Source: Myxococcota bacterium
GTDB taxonomy: Bacteria > Myxococcota_A > UBA796 > UBA2385
DNA: 64,000 nt
Direction of reading: 5' to 3'
Assembly (NCBI GenBank): GCA_044344255.1
Contig: JBIJDH010000010.1
Location: forward strand, 32,001-96,000
Of this stretch, positions 1-8,977 are shown piece after piece (the first letter of the stretch is position 1; every line of letters starts with the position of its first letter). The notes beneath the pieces are model-generated. The model did not search any database and was not told the origin of the DNA. It saw only the letters and a list, made by a program, of their open reading frames with translations. A program made the translations under genes and the position numbers.

Positions 1-1259
1 AGATCGTCCTCGGCCGTCGCGAGCTGGACCTGGAGGCTGGCCTCCTGGATACGCGCCGATCGAAAGGAAGACTGTGCGTTGAAGAGGTCGAGGATGGTCG
101 CCGAGCCCTGACTGTACAGGTCTTGGACAATCTGGAGGTTGTCTCGGGCCAAGGCCACCTGCTGGCTCACCAGCGGCGCTCGCTCCCGGAGCTGTCGGAC
201 CTCGGCGGCGGCGCTCTTGAGCTCCGCTTGGATGCCCGACGCGGTGGCTTGCTGTTGGGTCTCCACCTGCTGCACGCCGAGGCGCGCTTGCTGCACGGCG
301 TCGCGCGTCTTCCAGAGATCGAAGGGGTTCCAGGTGAATTGCAGGCCGACCGAGGCGTCGGTGGAGGGCTCGGCGATGGGCGGATCGAAGGCGGGGCTGG
401 TGGGGAGCCGCGAGGTGCCGAGGCCTGCCTCGCCAACCAGCGCCACCGTCGGCAGGGTCCCCGAACGGGCCCCCTTCACGCCGGCCTCCGCCTGGGCCGC
501 CGAGGCCTCGGCGCGCGCCAGCTCCGGGCGGGCCTCACCGGCGCCGTCCGGGAGCTCGACCGGGCCGGACCGCGGGGCCGGGGGACCATCCGTGAGCACG
601 ACCTCGTCGCCGGGGAGCTGCAGCAGGCGGAGGAGCTCCTGCTTCGCTCCGTAGAGGGCAGAGCGCTGCTCCACGAGGCCCGCCTGCTGAGAGAGGAGGT
701 CTACCTCGGAGCGGTTGACGTCGATGCCCGCCGACAGGCCTGCGTCCGCCTTGGCGCGGATGATCGCCAGGGCCTGCTCCGTGACCCGCAGCCCCTCCTC
801 GGAGGCCTCGATCTGGAGCTCGTAGCCCTTGATCGTCCAATAGGAGCGGTAGGCGGCCCGCTCGAGCTCGCGGGCGGTGATCTGACGATCCAGGCCGGCG
901 ATGCGGGCGCTGGCGTCGGCCCGCTCGATCGCCGCGTCGATCCGCCCGCCTGCGTAGAGCGGCACCTCTCCGCGGGCGCGGGCGTCCCAGGTGGAGCTCG
1001 TCCCCTTGGTGGTGAGCCCGTCAAAGGTGCGGAAGGTGGCGGCCTCCGCGCCTGCGCTCGTGCCCAGGGTCAGGGCGAAGCGGTCGAGCCGGGCGCGGGA
1101 GGCGTCGATGCGCGCGATCTCTTCGGCAAGCGCCGCGCTGCGGGTGTCCGGGTTCCGCTCGACCGCGAGGCGCTTGACCTCTTCGAGGCTGAGGCGGGGC
1201 ACCTCGGCCGCCGAGACCGCCGCGCTGAGCCCTGCGGAGAGCAGGAGGAGCGAGATCAT
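1..1259 (-). CDS. TolC-family outer membrane efflux protein (3' end runs off the window)
   Basis: Translated by hand; not in the ORF track because it is open at the edge. MISLLLLSAGLSAAVSAAEVPRLSLEEVKRLAVERNP...VPLYAGGR...LYSQGSATILDLFNAQ shows a signal peptide and two OEP-like repeats. ATGA overlap with the upstream ABC ATPase. Confidence 0.85.
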   Translation of the reverse strand, partial: MISLLLLSAGLSAAVSAAEVPRLSLEEVKRLAVERNPDTRSAALAEEIARIDASRARLDRFALTLGTSAGAEAATFRTFDGLTTKGTSSTWDARARGEVPLYAGGRIDAAIERADASARIAGLDRQITARELERAAYRSYWTIKGYELQIEASEEGLRVTEQALAIIRAKADAGLSAGIDVNRSEVDLLSQQAGLVEQRSALYGAKQELLRLLQLPGDEVVLTDGPPAPRSGPVELPDGAGEARPELARAEASAAQAEAGVKGARSGTLPTVALVGEAGLGTSRLPTSPAFDPPIAEPSTDASVGLQFTWNPFDLWKTRDAVQQARLGVQQVETQQQATASGIQAELKSAAAEVRQLRERAPLVSQQVALARDNLQIVQDLYSQGSATILDLFNAQSSFRSARIQEASLQVQLATAEDD

Positions 1260-2005
1260 GGTGTCGCACCCGCCTGGGCGACCGGCATCGCCGCCCCGAG
1301 GACGAGCTTCGGGGGCCCATCGGCGACGATCCGCCCGTCCTTCACACGCACCACCCGCCCGGCCCGCGCCGCCACCTCCGCCTCGTGGGTGACGACGATG
1401 ATGGTGAGGCCAGAGGCGTTGAGCGTGTCGAGGAGGGCGAGGATCTGCTGCGTGGTGTCGCTGTCGAGCGCGCCCGTGGGCTCATCGGCGAGGAGGAGCC
1501 TCGGCTCGGTCACCAGCGCCCGCGCGATCGCCACCCGCTGCTGCTGGCCGCCGGAGAGCTCGCTCGGGCGGTGGGTCATGCGCGCGCCGAGGCCCACCTT
1601 GTCGAGCGCGGCGATCGCCCGCTTCTTCCGATCGGCAGAGCCCACCTTGGCGTAGACCAACGGCATGGCCACGTTCTCGACCGCGTCCAGGCGAGGGAGC
1701 AGGTTGAAGCTCTGAAAGACGAAGCCGATCTTCTGGTTCCGCAGCATCGAGAGCCGAGCGTCGGGCATCGTGGAGACCCGCTCGCCGTCGAGCCAATACT
1801 CACCGCTGGTGGGCCGGTCTAGGGCCCCGAGGATGTTCATCAGGGTCGACTTGCCCGACCCGGAGCTGCCGATGATGGCGCAGTACTCCCCGGCGGAGAT
1901 GGACAAGGACAGATCGTCGAGGGCGCGGAGCTCCCCTTCGCCCGACCGGTAGGTCTTGACGAGGTGCTCCGTGCAGATCAACGGTCGAGGGGCAGCTTCT
2001 TCCAT
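1256..2005 (-). CDS. ABC transporter ATP-binding protein, MacB/LolD type
   Basis: Walker A GSSGSGKST, GFVFQSFNLL, signature LSGGQQQRVAIARAL, Walker B LLLADEPTGALD, H-loop VVTHE. Start placed at ATG 2005. Confidence 0.92.
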   Translation of the reverse strand: MEEAAPRPLICTEHLVKTYRSGEGELRALDDLSLSISAGEYCAIIGSSGSGKSTLMNILGALDRPTSGEYWLDGERVSTMPDARLSMLRNQKIGFVFQSFNLLPRLDAVENVAMPLVYAKVGSADRKKRAIAALDKVGLGARMTHRPSELSGGQQQRVAIARALVTEPRLLLADEPTGALDSDTTQQILALLDTLNASGLTIIVVTHEAEVAARAGRVVRVKDGRIVADGPPKLVLGAAMPVAQAGATP

Positions 2006-2215
2006 CCCGGCTCCGGCGAAGCCCGACCTACGGGGCCCGATGCGCCGGTATTGCACCCGCGAAGGTCGAGGCCGCAGGTCCCAGCAGGCCGTAGAGGTGT
2101 CCCCCAAAACGGTCCTGTCAAGGGGTGGGGCCGGGCGGCGAAGCAAAGTGCGCGTGAGGTGATGGACCGGGGCCGCTCGCGCGTCAACCGGCTACCCTTA
2201 CCCCCTGGAGCCCCG

Positions 2216-3049
2216 ATGTCTCACACGCCGACCGCGCCCCCTTCGCCCGCCGCCCGATCCACCCTCGGGGCCCTGCTCCCCGCCGCGATCGCAGGCGCGA
2301 CGCTCATCACCGCGCTCGCGATGCCCGGCTGCGATGTCCTCAGCAAGGGCCTCGGCTCGGTGAAGGCCCCCGGCGTGGGCCTGAACCGCGTCGATCTCGT
2401 CGATGCCCCCACCTCGCGACAGGCCATCGCTTGGTCCTGCTACGAGTGGCTGAGCTCGACCGCCTGCCAGGTGGCCGGCTTCGACGACAAGCCCACGCAG
2501 TCGCAGATGCACTTCGCCTTCGACCTCGTCTTTGACCTGACGAACGAGAACACCGATCTGCCCATCCCGCTGATCGAGTTCCTGCTCGGCCTGACCGTCA
2601 TCGAGACCGAGAACCTCGGCGCCGTCTGCGTCAGCTTCTGCGACCCCGAGGAGGAGGACTGCGAGCCCACCCGCAACGCCGAGGGGGCCTGCGTGGTGGA
2701 CGAGGAGACCACCGACGTCAATTCCGCCGATGACCTCGTGCCCTCTGTGGATGACCTCGTCGATCTCGCCGACGCCGTCCTCGACGGCGACGTCGACAAT
2801 GGCTCCTTCCGCGTCATCCCGGCGGGCGAGACCATCGAGAGCCACATCCAGTTCGACCTCCAGCCCGACACGGTCTACAATCTCGGCCGCACCCTGCTCG
2901 AACAGGCCGTCCAGGACTACATCGGCGGCGACAACGTGTCGGTAGACATCCCCTACACCGTGGAGGGCACCGCCTTCTTCGACGTGCCGGAGATGGGGCG
3001 CTACGCGGCGGGCTTCGGGCCCTTCGAGGACACCTTCCCGCTCGAGTAG
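2216..3049 (+). CDS. Acidic lipoprotein, possibly LEA_2/WHy-like beta-sandwich
   Basis: GGAG before ATG 2216; hydrophobic stretch ending in AMPGC (lipobox-like); FDLVFDLTNEN.DLPIP and IPYTVEGTAFFD resemble LEA_2-type strands. Confidence 0.55.
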   Translation: MSHTPTAPPSPAARSTLGALLPAAIAGATLITALAMPGCDVLSKGLGSVKAPGVGLNRVDLVDAPTSRQAIAWSCYEWLSSTACQVAGFDDKPTQSQMHFAFDLVFDLTNENTDLPIPLIEFLLGLTVIETENLGAVCVSFCDPEEEDCEPTRNAEGACVVDEETTDVNSADDLVPSVDDLVDLADAVLDGDVDNGSFRVIPAGETIESHIQFDLQPDTVYNLGRTLLEQAVQDYIGGDNVSVDIPYTVEGTAFFDVPEMGRYAAGFGPFEDTFPLE

Positions 3050-3115
3050 GATCGGAGAGTGGGCGAAGAGGGGGGTGAAACTGCGGTACGCTGTCCGCCC
3101 CACCTGGAGGTCCCT

Positions 3116-3709
3116 TTGTCGCTCTCCCTCTCTGCCCTGCTGATGTTCGGGGCGCTCGCGCACGCCGCACCGGTGGTCTCTACCACCTCCACCACCTCCA
3201 CCACGTCGGCGGTCGGCACGCTCGTCAAGCCCAAGGCCGAGCTCTGCCCGAAGGAGTGTGTGGAGGACCCCAACCAGTCCGCCTGCAAGGCCTATCTGGC
3301 GGTGTGCAGCTTCACGGTCACGGGGACCCAGGGCACCACGCTCGACAAGCTGATCGACCCAGGTGGCTCCTGCGGGAATTGCGAGCCGCCGCCGTACCTG
3401 CGCGAGCTGCTCGGCCTGACCGGGGCGAGCGGCGACTACTTCACGGTCAACACGGTGGCCCGCGTGGGCAAGCTGCAGACCGAGGTGTCCTTGGTGGTGG
3501 CCCGGAAAGGCACGCGCGCCGCCGCCAGCGGGACCGGCACCCTGTGGCTCGCTTACAGCGGGGATCTCGATCGGGACGGGGATGTCGACACCTTCGCGGG
3601 GCCGGTGACCGCCGTGTCCGGCGTGGGGATCTCCGCGCCCCTCGTCAAGCTGGTCCCCCCTGCGGCGAGCTCACGAGCCGAAACGACAGGTCGGGCCGGC
3701 GGCCGGTAG
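3116..3709 (+). CDS. Secreted hypothetical protein, Cys-containing
   Basis: GGAGG then TTG at 3116; signal peptide ending AHA; STTSTTSTTS linker; the 3' end overlaps the convergent kinase gene. Confidence 0.6.
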   Translation: MSLSLSALLMFGALAHAAPVVSTTSTTSTTSAVGTLVKPKAELCPKECVEDPNQSACKAYLAVCSFTVTGTQGTTLDKLIDPGGSCGNCEPPPYLRELLGLTGASGDYFTVNTVARVGKLQTEVSLVVARKGTRAAASGTGTLWLAYSGDLDRDGDVDTFAGPVTAVSGVGISAPLVKLVPPAASSRAETTGRAGGR

Positions 3710-6137
3710 CCTCCCAGCTCCAGCGGGCGTCGAGGCTGCAGCGACTCGCGTGAAACACCCAGGTCCCGCCACGGAAATTCAGGCGGGCCCCGGGTGGCGC
3801 GGACACGAGCAGCCCGCTCCGATCGAGCCGGCCATCGGGGGTGATCGCGGGGCCCTCGCTGTTGAAGCGGTCCCCGCACCAGTCCGCCACGTTGCCGACG
3901 AGGCCCCGGATCCCGTAAGGACTCTCGTCCTCGGGCACGGCGGAGACGGGTACGGGGCCTCGTCGATCGGCCTCGCTCTCCCGCACCCGGCACCAGGTGG
4001 GGTCCATGTAGTCGCCCCAGGGGTAGAGGCGCCCGTCGGCCCCGCGGCCCGCCTTCTCTCGCTCCACCTCATGCGGCAGGCGGTACGGCAGGCCCGTCTT
4101 CGCCGCTCGCCACCGGGCGTAGGCCGCGGCGTCCCCCCAGGTGACCATCAGGACCGGCCAGTCGGGCTCCCAGAGCGTGCCCTCGGGGTCGGGGATGGGC
4201 TCGAAGCCGCCGTCGGCGCGCCGACCGTAGACGAGGGTGTTCGCCCCGCCCGCCTCGAAGACCCCGCGCGGGACGTGGCTCTGGGCCTCTTCCTCGCGGC
4301 CCTGGTGGACCAGATCATCGAGGAAGGCGATGTAGTCGCGGTTGGTGACGGGGTGACGGTCGACCCACAGGTCATCCACCCACACCCGCGAGGGCGGGAC
4401 GTGGTTCTCGAGGCGGGCGCCACGCCGACCGATGGCGGTCCAGCCGGCGGGGACGAAGCAGGCGCCGGGGAGCACATCGGCGAGGAGAGGCTGGTGGACC
4501 GGCCGCGGGGCAACCGCCCCCGGGGGGCGGCCGTGCCAGTGCTCGAGCCGGCCGAGCGAGAAGGGGTAGCGGACCGGGTGATGTCCCGGGGCCTCGATGC
4601 AGGCGAGCCAGCTCCCGATGGGGAGCGGGAGCTCGTGGACCGGGCCCGGCGGCAGCTCCCGATCGAGCTGAGGCACGAGGCGGCGATCGACCTCGACGAA
4701 ACGGTACAGGCGGACCGTGGCCCCTTCGCGCTCCGGCACGAGGGTGAGGGCCCCCTCACCGCGGAGGTAGGCGGCCTGCGGGCTCCGGGTCGCCCCGCCG
4801 CGCACATGCTCCATCAGCAGGGCGAGGCTCTCCGTGGCGGCGGCGCGATCTCCCACCGCCTCCGCCTGCTCGTGCGCGCGTCGGTAGTGGAGGGCGAGGC
4901 GGGCGTGGGCCTCGGGGAGGTCGGGATCCTCATTGAGGGCGCCTCGGAGGCGCTGCATCCGCTGCACCCGCGCGAGCGCGGCCTCGCGGTCGAGCGCCTC
5001 GGCCTCGGCTTCGAGCGCCCAGCCCGCCTTCTTCAGGGCGACAGGCGCCGAGGGGAGCAGCGGGCGCAGGAGCGCGTCGGCGCGGCGCCGGGCCTCCGAC
5101 GCGCCGGCGGCGAGCCGATGGACCTCGGCCTCGAGCTGATCGGCCTCCAAGACCAGGCGGACCGCGCGCTCCTGTCGATCGACGCCGTCGAGCCAGTCGC
5201 GCAGCGCCTGGGCGATCTCTCCGGCATGATCGGGCCGCAGCCGGGGGTCTACCTGGAGGGCCCGGCTGCAGAGGAGGGAGAGGCCGGGATCGACGGTGTC
5301 CGGCAGGGGATCCAAGCGCCCGAGCGCCACCCTCCGCACCACCTCCGCCGAGGAGCCAGCCACCACGGGCGGCCGCCCCACGAGCATCTCGTAGAGCAGG
5401 ACGCCGAGCGCCCAACAGTCACTCGCAGGAGAGACGAGCTCACTCCGGCCGCTCGCCTGCTCGGGGGACATGTAGGCCGGGGTGCCCGCGATCGAGCCGA
5501 AGCGTGTCTGACCCGCGGGGAACTCGGAGCGGGCGGTCTCGATGTCGGCGGCCGGCGTGAGCTTGACGAGCCCCCAGTCGAGCACCAGGACCTCGCCGAA
5601 GGGCCCGATCATCACGTTCTGGGGCTTCAAGTCGCGATGGACCACCCCGCGGGAGTGGGCGTAGGCCACCGTCTCGGCGACCCGATAGAGCAGCTCGATC
5701 TTGCGGCGGAGGGGCTGGTCTTCGTGGAGGACCTCGGCGAGGGTCTGACCCACCACCTCGCGCATCGTGAAGTAGGGCCGCCCGTCTTCGAGCTGACCGA
5801 CCTCGTGGACCGGGACGATGCCCGGGTGGGCGAGCTGCGCGGTGGCCTCGGCCTCCTCGATGAAGCGCGCCAGCGCGACCGGATCCTGCCGCGCGCGATC
5901 GACGAGGACCTTCATCGCCAGCGTGCGGCGCAGGGACGGGTCCCACACCCGCCAGACCTCGCCCATCCCCCCGCGGCCGAGCAGCCCGAGGCGCGTGAAC
6001 CGGGCGCCGTCCGGACGGACGGGGGCCTCGGGGGTCACCGGAGCGTCGGAGGGCCGCCAGGTCGCCGGTTCTTCGCCCTGAACGGTGCCCACGAGGAGCT
6101 GCTCGGTCGGCGGTGGGGTCGAGTTCGGTGACGACAT
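3645..6137 (-). CDS. Ser/Thr protein kinase fused to a C-terminal FGE-sulfatase (SUMF1-like) domain
   Basis: Kinase motifs GRGGMGEV, AMK, HRDLKPQN, DWG and GTPAYMSPEQ. C-terminal FGE-fold motifs PVTNRDY, VTWGDAAAY, RLPHEVEREKAGRG, YPWG, GNVADW, RGGTW and LSFRL. Confidence 0.9.
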   Translation of the reverse strand: MSSPNSTPPPTEQLLVGTVQGEEPATWRPSDAPVTPEAPVRPDGARFTRLGLLGRGGMGEVWRVWDPSLRRTLAMKVLVDRARQDPVALARFIEEAEATAQLAHPGIVPVHEVGQLEDGRPYFTMREVVGQTLAEVLHEDQPLRRKIELLYRVAETVAYAHSRGVVHRDLKPQNVMIGPFGEVLVLDWGLVKLTPAADIETARSEFPAGQTRFGSIAGTPAYMSPEQASGRSELVSPASDCWALGVLLYEMLVGRPPVVAGSSAEVVRRVALGRLDPLPDTVDPGLSLLCSRALQVDPRLRPDHAGEIAQALRDWLDGVDRQERAVRLVLEADQLEAEVHRLAAGASEARRRADALLRPLLPSAPVALKKAGWALEAEAEALDREAALARVQRMQRLRGALNEDPDLPEAHARLALHYRRAHEQAEAVGDRAAATESLALLMEHVRGGATRSPQAAYLRGEGALTLVPEREGATVRLYRFVEVDRRLVPQLDRELPPGPVHELPLPIGSWLACIEAPGHHPVRYPFSLGRLEHWHGRPPGAVAPRPVHQPLLADVLPGACFVPAGWTAIGRRGARLENHVPPSRVWVDDLWVDRHPVTNRDYIAFLDDLVHQGREEEAQSHVPRGVFEAGGANTLVYGRRADGGFEPIPDPEGTLWEPDWPVLMVTWGDAAAYARWRAAKTGLPYRLPHEVEREKAGRGADGRLYPWGDYMDPTWCRVRESEADRRGPVPVSAVPEDESPYGIRGLVGNVADWCGDRFNSEGPAITPDGRLDRSGLLVSAPPGARLNFRGGTWVFHASRCSLDARWSWEATGRRPDLSFRLVSSPQGGPA

Positions 6138-6158
6138 GGAGGGCGCTCCCCCTCCATC

Positions 6159-7079
6159 CTATCGCCCCCCGCCCGTCGACAGCGAGAAGGGGAGGTAGAG
6201 ACCCGACACGCTCACCGAGTCGGCGAATCGCCAGCTCCGAGCGCGCCGAAGCACGCAGGCCTCGAGCTCGGCGTCGCCGACGCTGTCATCGTCGAGGCGG
6301 GCCGAGGTGACACGGCCGTCCACGACGTCGAGCCCCAGCGCGATCCGCCCTTCGAGGGTGGGGCTGCGGGTCAGCGCCGAGTCGTAGCAGGACTTGACCT
6401 GCCGGCTGTACTGGCCGAGCGCGGCGCGGATCGCCGCCGACTCGCTGTCCCCCGCCCCCTCCACCGGTCCGGCCTGGGCCTGCGCGCGCGGGGCGGAGAC
6501 GGCCACCTCGCGGGTCTCGGCCTCACCCACCCTGGCCGCGCCGAGGCCATTGAGCAGGACACCGCGGGGGTCGTCGCCAGGGCGCCCGTCGCGGTAGGCC
6601 GGCGTGGCCGAGGCGACGTCTTGGTGACCCACCTCACTGAGCTCATCCTGGAGGCGCAGCAGCGCACCGTCGTCCTCGGCGAAGATGTCCAGGCCAGCGT
6701 CTCCACGACCCTCACCGCGGGTGGCGAGCAGCACATCGAGCAGGACCGAGCGCGGAGCCTCCACAGGCGCCGCCGAGACCTCTGTCGGCCGCCCGACCCT
6801 CACCACCGGCGAGGCCGCCGGCCGCGGCGGCGCCACAGCCTCGGTGACCGGCACCGGCTCCTCTCGCTGAATGGAGAAGTACATCTCGGGAGACATCAGC
6901 GAGAGGATCTTGGCCTCGGTCTCCTCCCGCGGAGGCTCGGGGACCACCGTACGGAGCACGGCGAAGGCGAAGAGCGCCCCCAGCCCCATCATCGCGGTCT
7001 GGATACCGAAGAAGAGGCGATCCTCTCCATCGACGAGATGCGGACGAAAGTCATAAAGATTCAGGAAGGTGCTCGTCAC
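6159..7079 (-). CDS. Membrane-anchored AgmX/PglI (TonB-C-like) C-terminal domain protein
   Basis: One N-terminal TM segment, Pro-rich linker, C-terminal IRAALGQYSRQVKSCYDSAL.RSPTLEGRI...ELEACVLRRARSWRF. The GTG start at 7079 is an estimate. Confidence 0.75.
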   Translation of the reverse strand: MTSTFLNLYDFRPHLVDGEDRLFFGIQTAMMGLGALFAFAVLRTVVPEPPREETEAKILSLMSPEMYFSIQREEPVPVTEAVAPPRPAASPVVRVGRPTEVSAAPVEAPRSVLLDVLLATRGEGRGDAGLDIFAEDDGALLRLQDELSEVGHQDVASATPAYRDGRPGDDPRGVLLNGLGAARVGEAETREVAVSAPRAQAQAGPVEGAGDSESAAIRAALGQYSRQVKSCYDSALTRSPTLEGRIALGLDVVDGRVTSARLDDDSVGDAELEACVLRRARSWRFADSVSVSGLYLPFSLSTGGGR

Positions 7080-7369
7080 GGAGACACACGACGCCCCCGG
7101 CGCAGGCAGCGCGGCGGATTCCACGTACGCGCACACTCCGGGTCGAGGGCGCAGCTTCCAAGGGCGTATCGGCACAGACACAGCCGTGTGGAGCCGGTTC
7201 CCACACCCCGGCAAATTCCAAGCGCGCCCCTCCGCGCCCCCCCGCGGGAGCCCCCGACCGCGGGAATGGCTCCCCCTCGGGCCCTTGGCGGGCATCCCAC
7301 CGTGTCGATACGCGATCCCGAAACCGTAAACGGGTGTCAGACCACAGAGGATCCGATAGCAAGATCGGC

Positions 7370-8335
7370 GCTCGCGGACGCCGACTGTGTGCACCGCTAC
7401 GTCTGCTACGAGTCTTGCTCCGGCGGCTTGGACGAAGACCTCGACGGCCTCGTCGACTGCGCCGACGCCGAGTGCTGGGACAGCTTGCCGTGCCTCCAGG
7501 AGAGGGGCATCCGCGCCCAGGCCCAGGGCGGCCGGGTCGTCGCGAGCAGAGCGGCCGTCACGACCCTGTCGTCCAGCCAAACGCGGGCCGCCGCCGAGGG
7601 CACCGCGACCGCGGTGTGGGGGACGGTCCGCTACCTCACCGAGCCCGCCACCCCATGGACCAGCACCTCGATGATCGAGAGCTGCACCTGGACGGTCGAC
7701 ACCGCCCAGTTCAGCGCCTCCGAGCACGGGAGCCCCTTCTGGATGCGCGGGGGCGCCGCGACCGTGACCCGCACGGGCTTCGCCGTGAGCGCCGGCTGCC
7801 CGATCAGCGGCTCCGAGTTCCTCCCGAGCCACCTCGTGCTCAGCGGGGGAGACATCACCACCGCCGAGAACTGGGCGACCCACGATGGACAGACCGGCTA
7901 CAACCCCGGGATCCCCTGGTACGCGGGCGTGGCGACCCGCTCCACGGCCACCCGGGTCTTCACCCTCCGCAGCTCCAGCTACCCGGAGATCCACGAGGAC
8001 ACCTCGGTCGAGCTGGAGCTGTCCGCTCAGGCGAGGTCCCCGTCGGGGAGCTGTGCACCGGCGGCCACCTCGCGGTGCGGACCTCCTTCAACGGCTGGTC
8101 CTACTACAGCCCGGTCGTGTCCAACGACCTCACCCGCTTCGACGGAACCAGCATCTCCGGCACGGTCGAGGTGCTGCCGGTCGGGGCGACGAGCTCTTGG
8201 GGCACCCCCGGGACCACCTGCGCTTGGACGGTCGCCTCCGTCGTGGGCTCGGCCCGCTGGGTGTCTTCCCAGACCGGCTTCCCTCGATACGGCGTGCCCT
8301 ACCGGGACTCGGGCTGGGTGAACCCCACGGTCACC
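7370..8335 (+). pseudogene. Fragments of Cys/Asp-motif surface protein(s): two related domains in different frames
   Basis: Frame of ORF 6621: CSGGLDEDLDGLVDCADAEC then GGRVV...VWGTVRYL...PW...CTWTV. From about 8060 in another frame: GGHLA...ISGTVEVL...SW...CAWTV. No proper start or signal peptide. Confidence 0.5.
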
Positions 8336-8339
8336 CGCG

Positions 8340-8830
8340 GTCCTGCTCGGCTGTACCGTCGAAGACGCCGGCCCGAGCCTGCTCCACATCACCCTCGACA
8401 CCACCCGGGCCGATCACCTCTCCCCTTACGGCTACGCCCAGGCCGAGACGCCCGCCTACGACGCCCTGGCGCGCGACTGTGTCGTCTTCGAGCGGGCGAC
8501 CTCCACCTGCCCGATCAGCTCGACTGGAGCGACCAGCGCCCCGCCCAGGTGGTGGTCACCGACGCCATCGACAGCCCGGCTGGGCCCCCGGCAGCCGCTC
8601 CGACGCGCTCGTGAGCCACATCGACCTCGTGCGCTGCGCGGTGGACACGGGAGACACCCCCCGGGCCCGCGAGCTCGCTGACCGCTACCTCGCCGTCTAC
8701 CCCGACCACGTCCACATCGCCTTCGCTCGCGTTGAGCTCCTCCTCGCCGAGGGCGATGTGCGGGGTGGGCTCGAGCAGCAGATCGGCGGGCCGCTGGTCT
8801 TGCTCCCTCCTGGATCTTCGGAGGATCGAA
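8340..8830 (+). pseudogene. Collapsed sulfatase(-TPR) gene remnant
   Basis: 8340-8520 reads LLGC...PSLLHITLDTTRADHLSPYGYAQAETPAYDALARDCVVFERATSTCP (sulfatase N-terminus). Another frame gives SDALVSHIDLV (sulfatase C-terminal strand) joined to a TPR-like helix pair. Confidence 0.65.
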
Positions 8831-8977
8831 CGCACCCATGAGCCTGGGTCGATGGGGGGCTATGGACAGGTCAAGTGTTATCCATAGACTTCTCCTCAAC
8901 CTGTGGAGAGGCCCGCGGGGTCGGCGCAGGAGCCGTCCTCGTTGGGGTCCACGACTACGGCACCCCTGCGGGAGCGC

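Noticed and set aside
3645..3900. Diversity-generating retroelement variable region
   Set aside because: No reverse transcriptase and no template-repeat copy seen in the window.
8878..8886. DnaA-box-like TTATCCATA
   Set aside because: A single imperfect box with no cluster, unwinding element or origin-linked genes.
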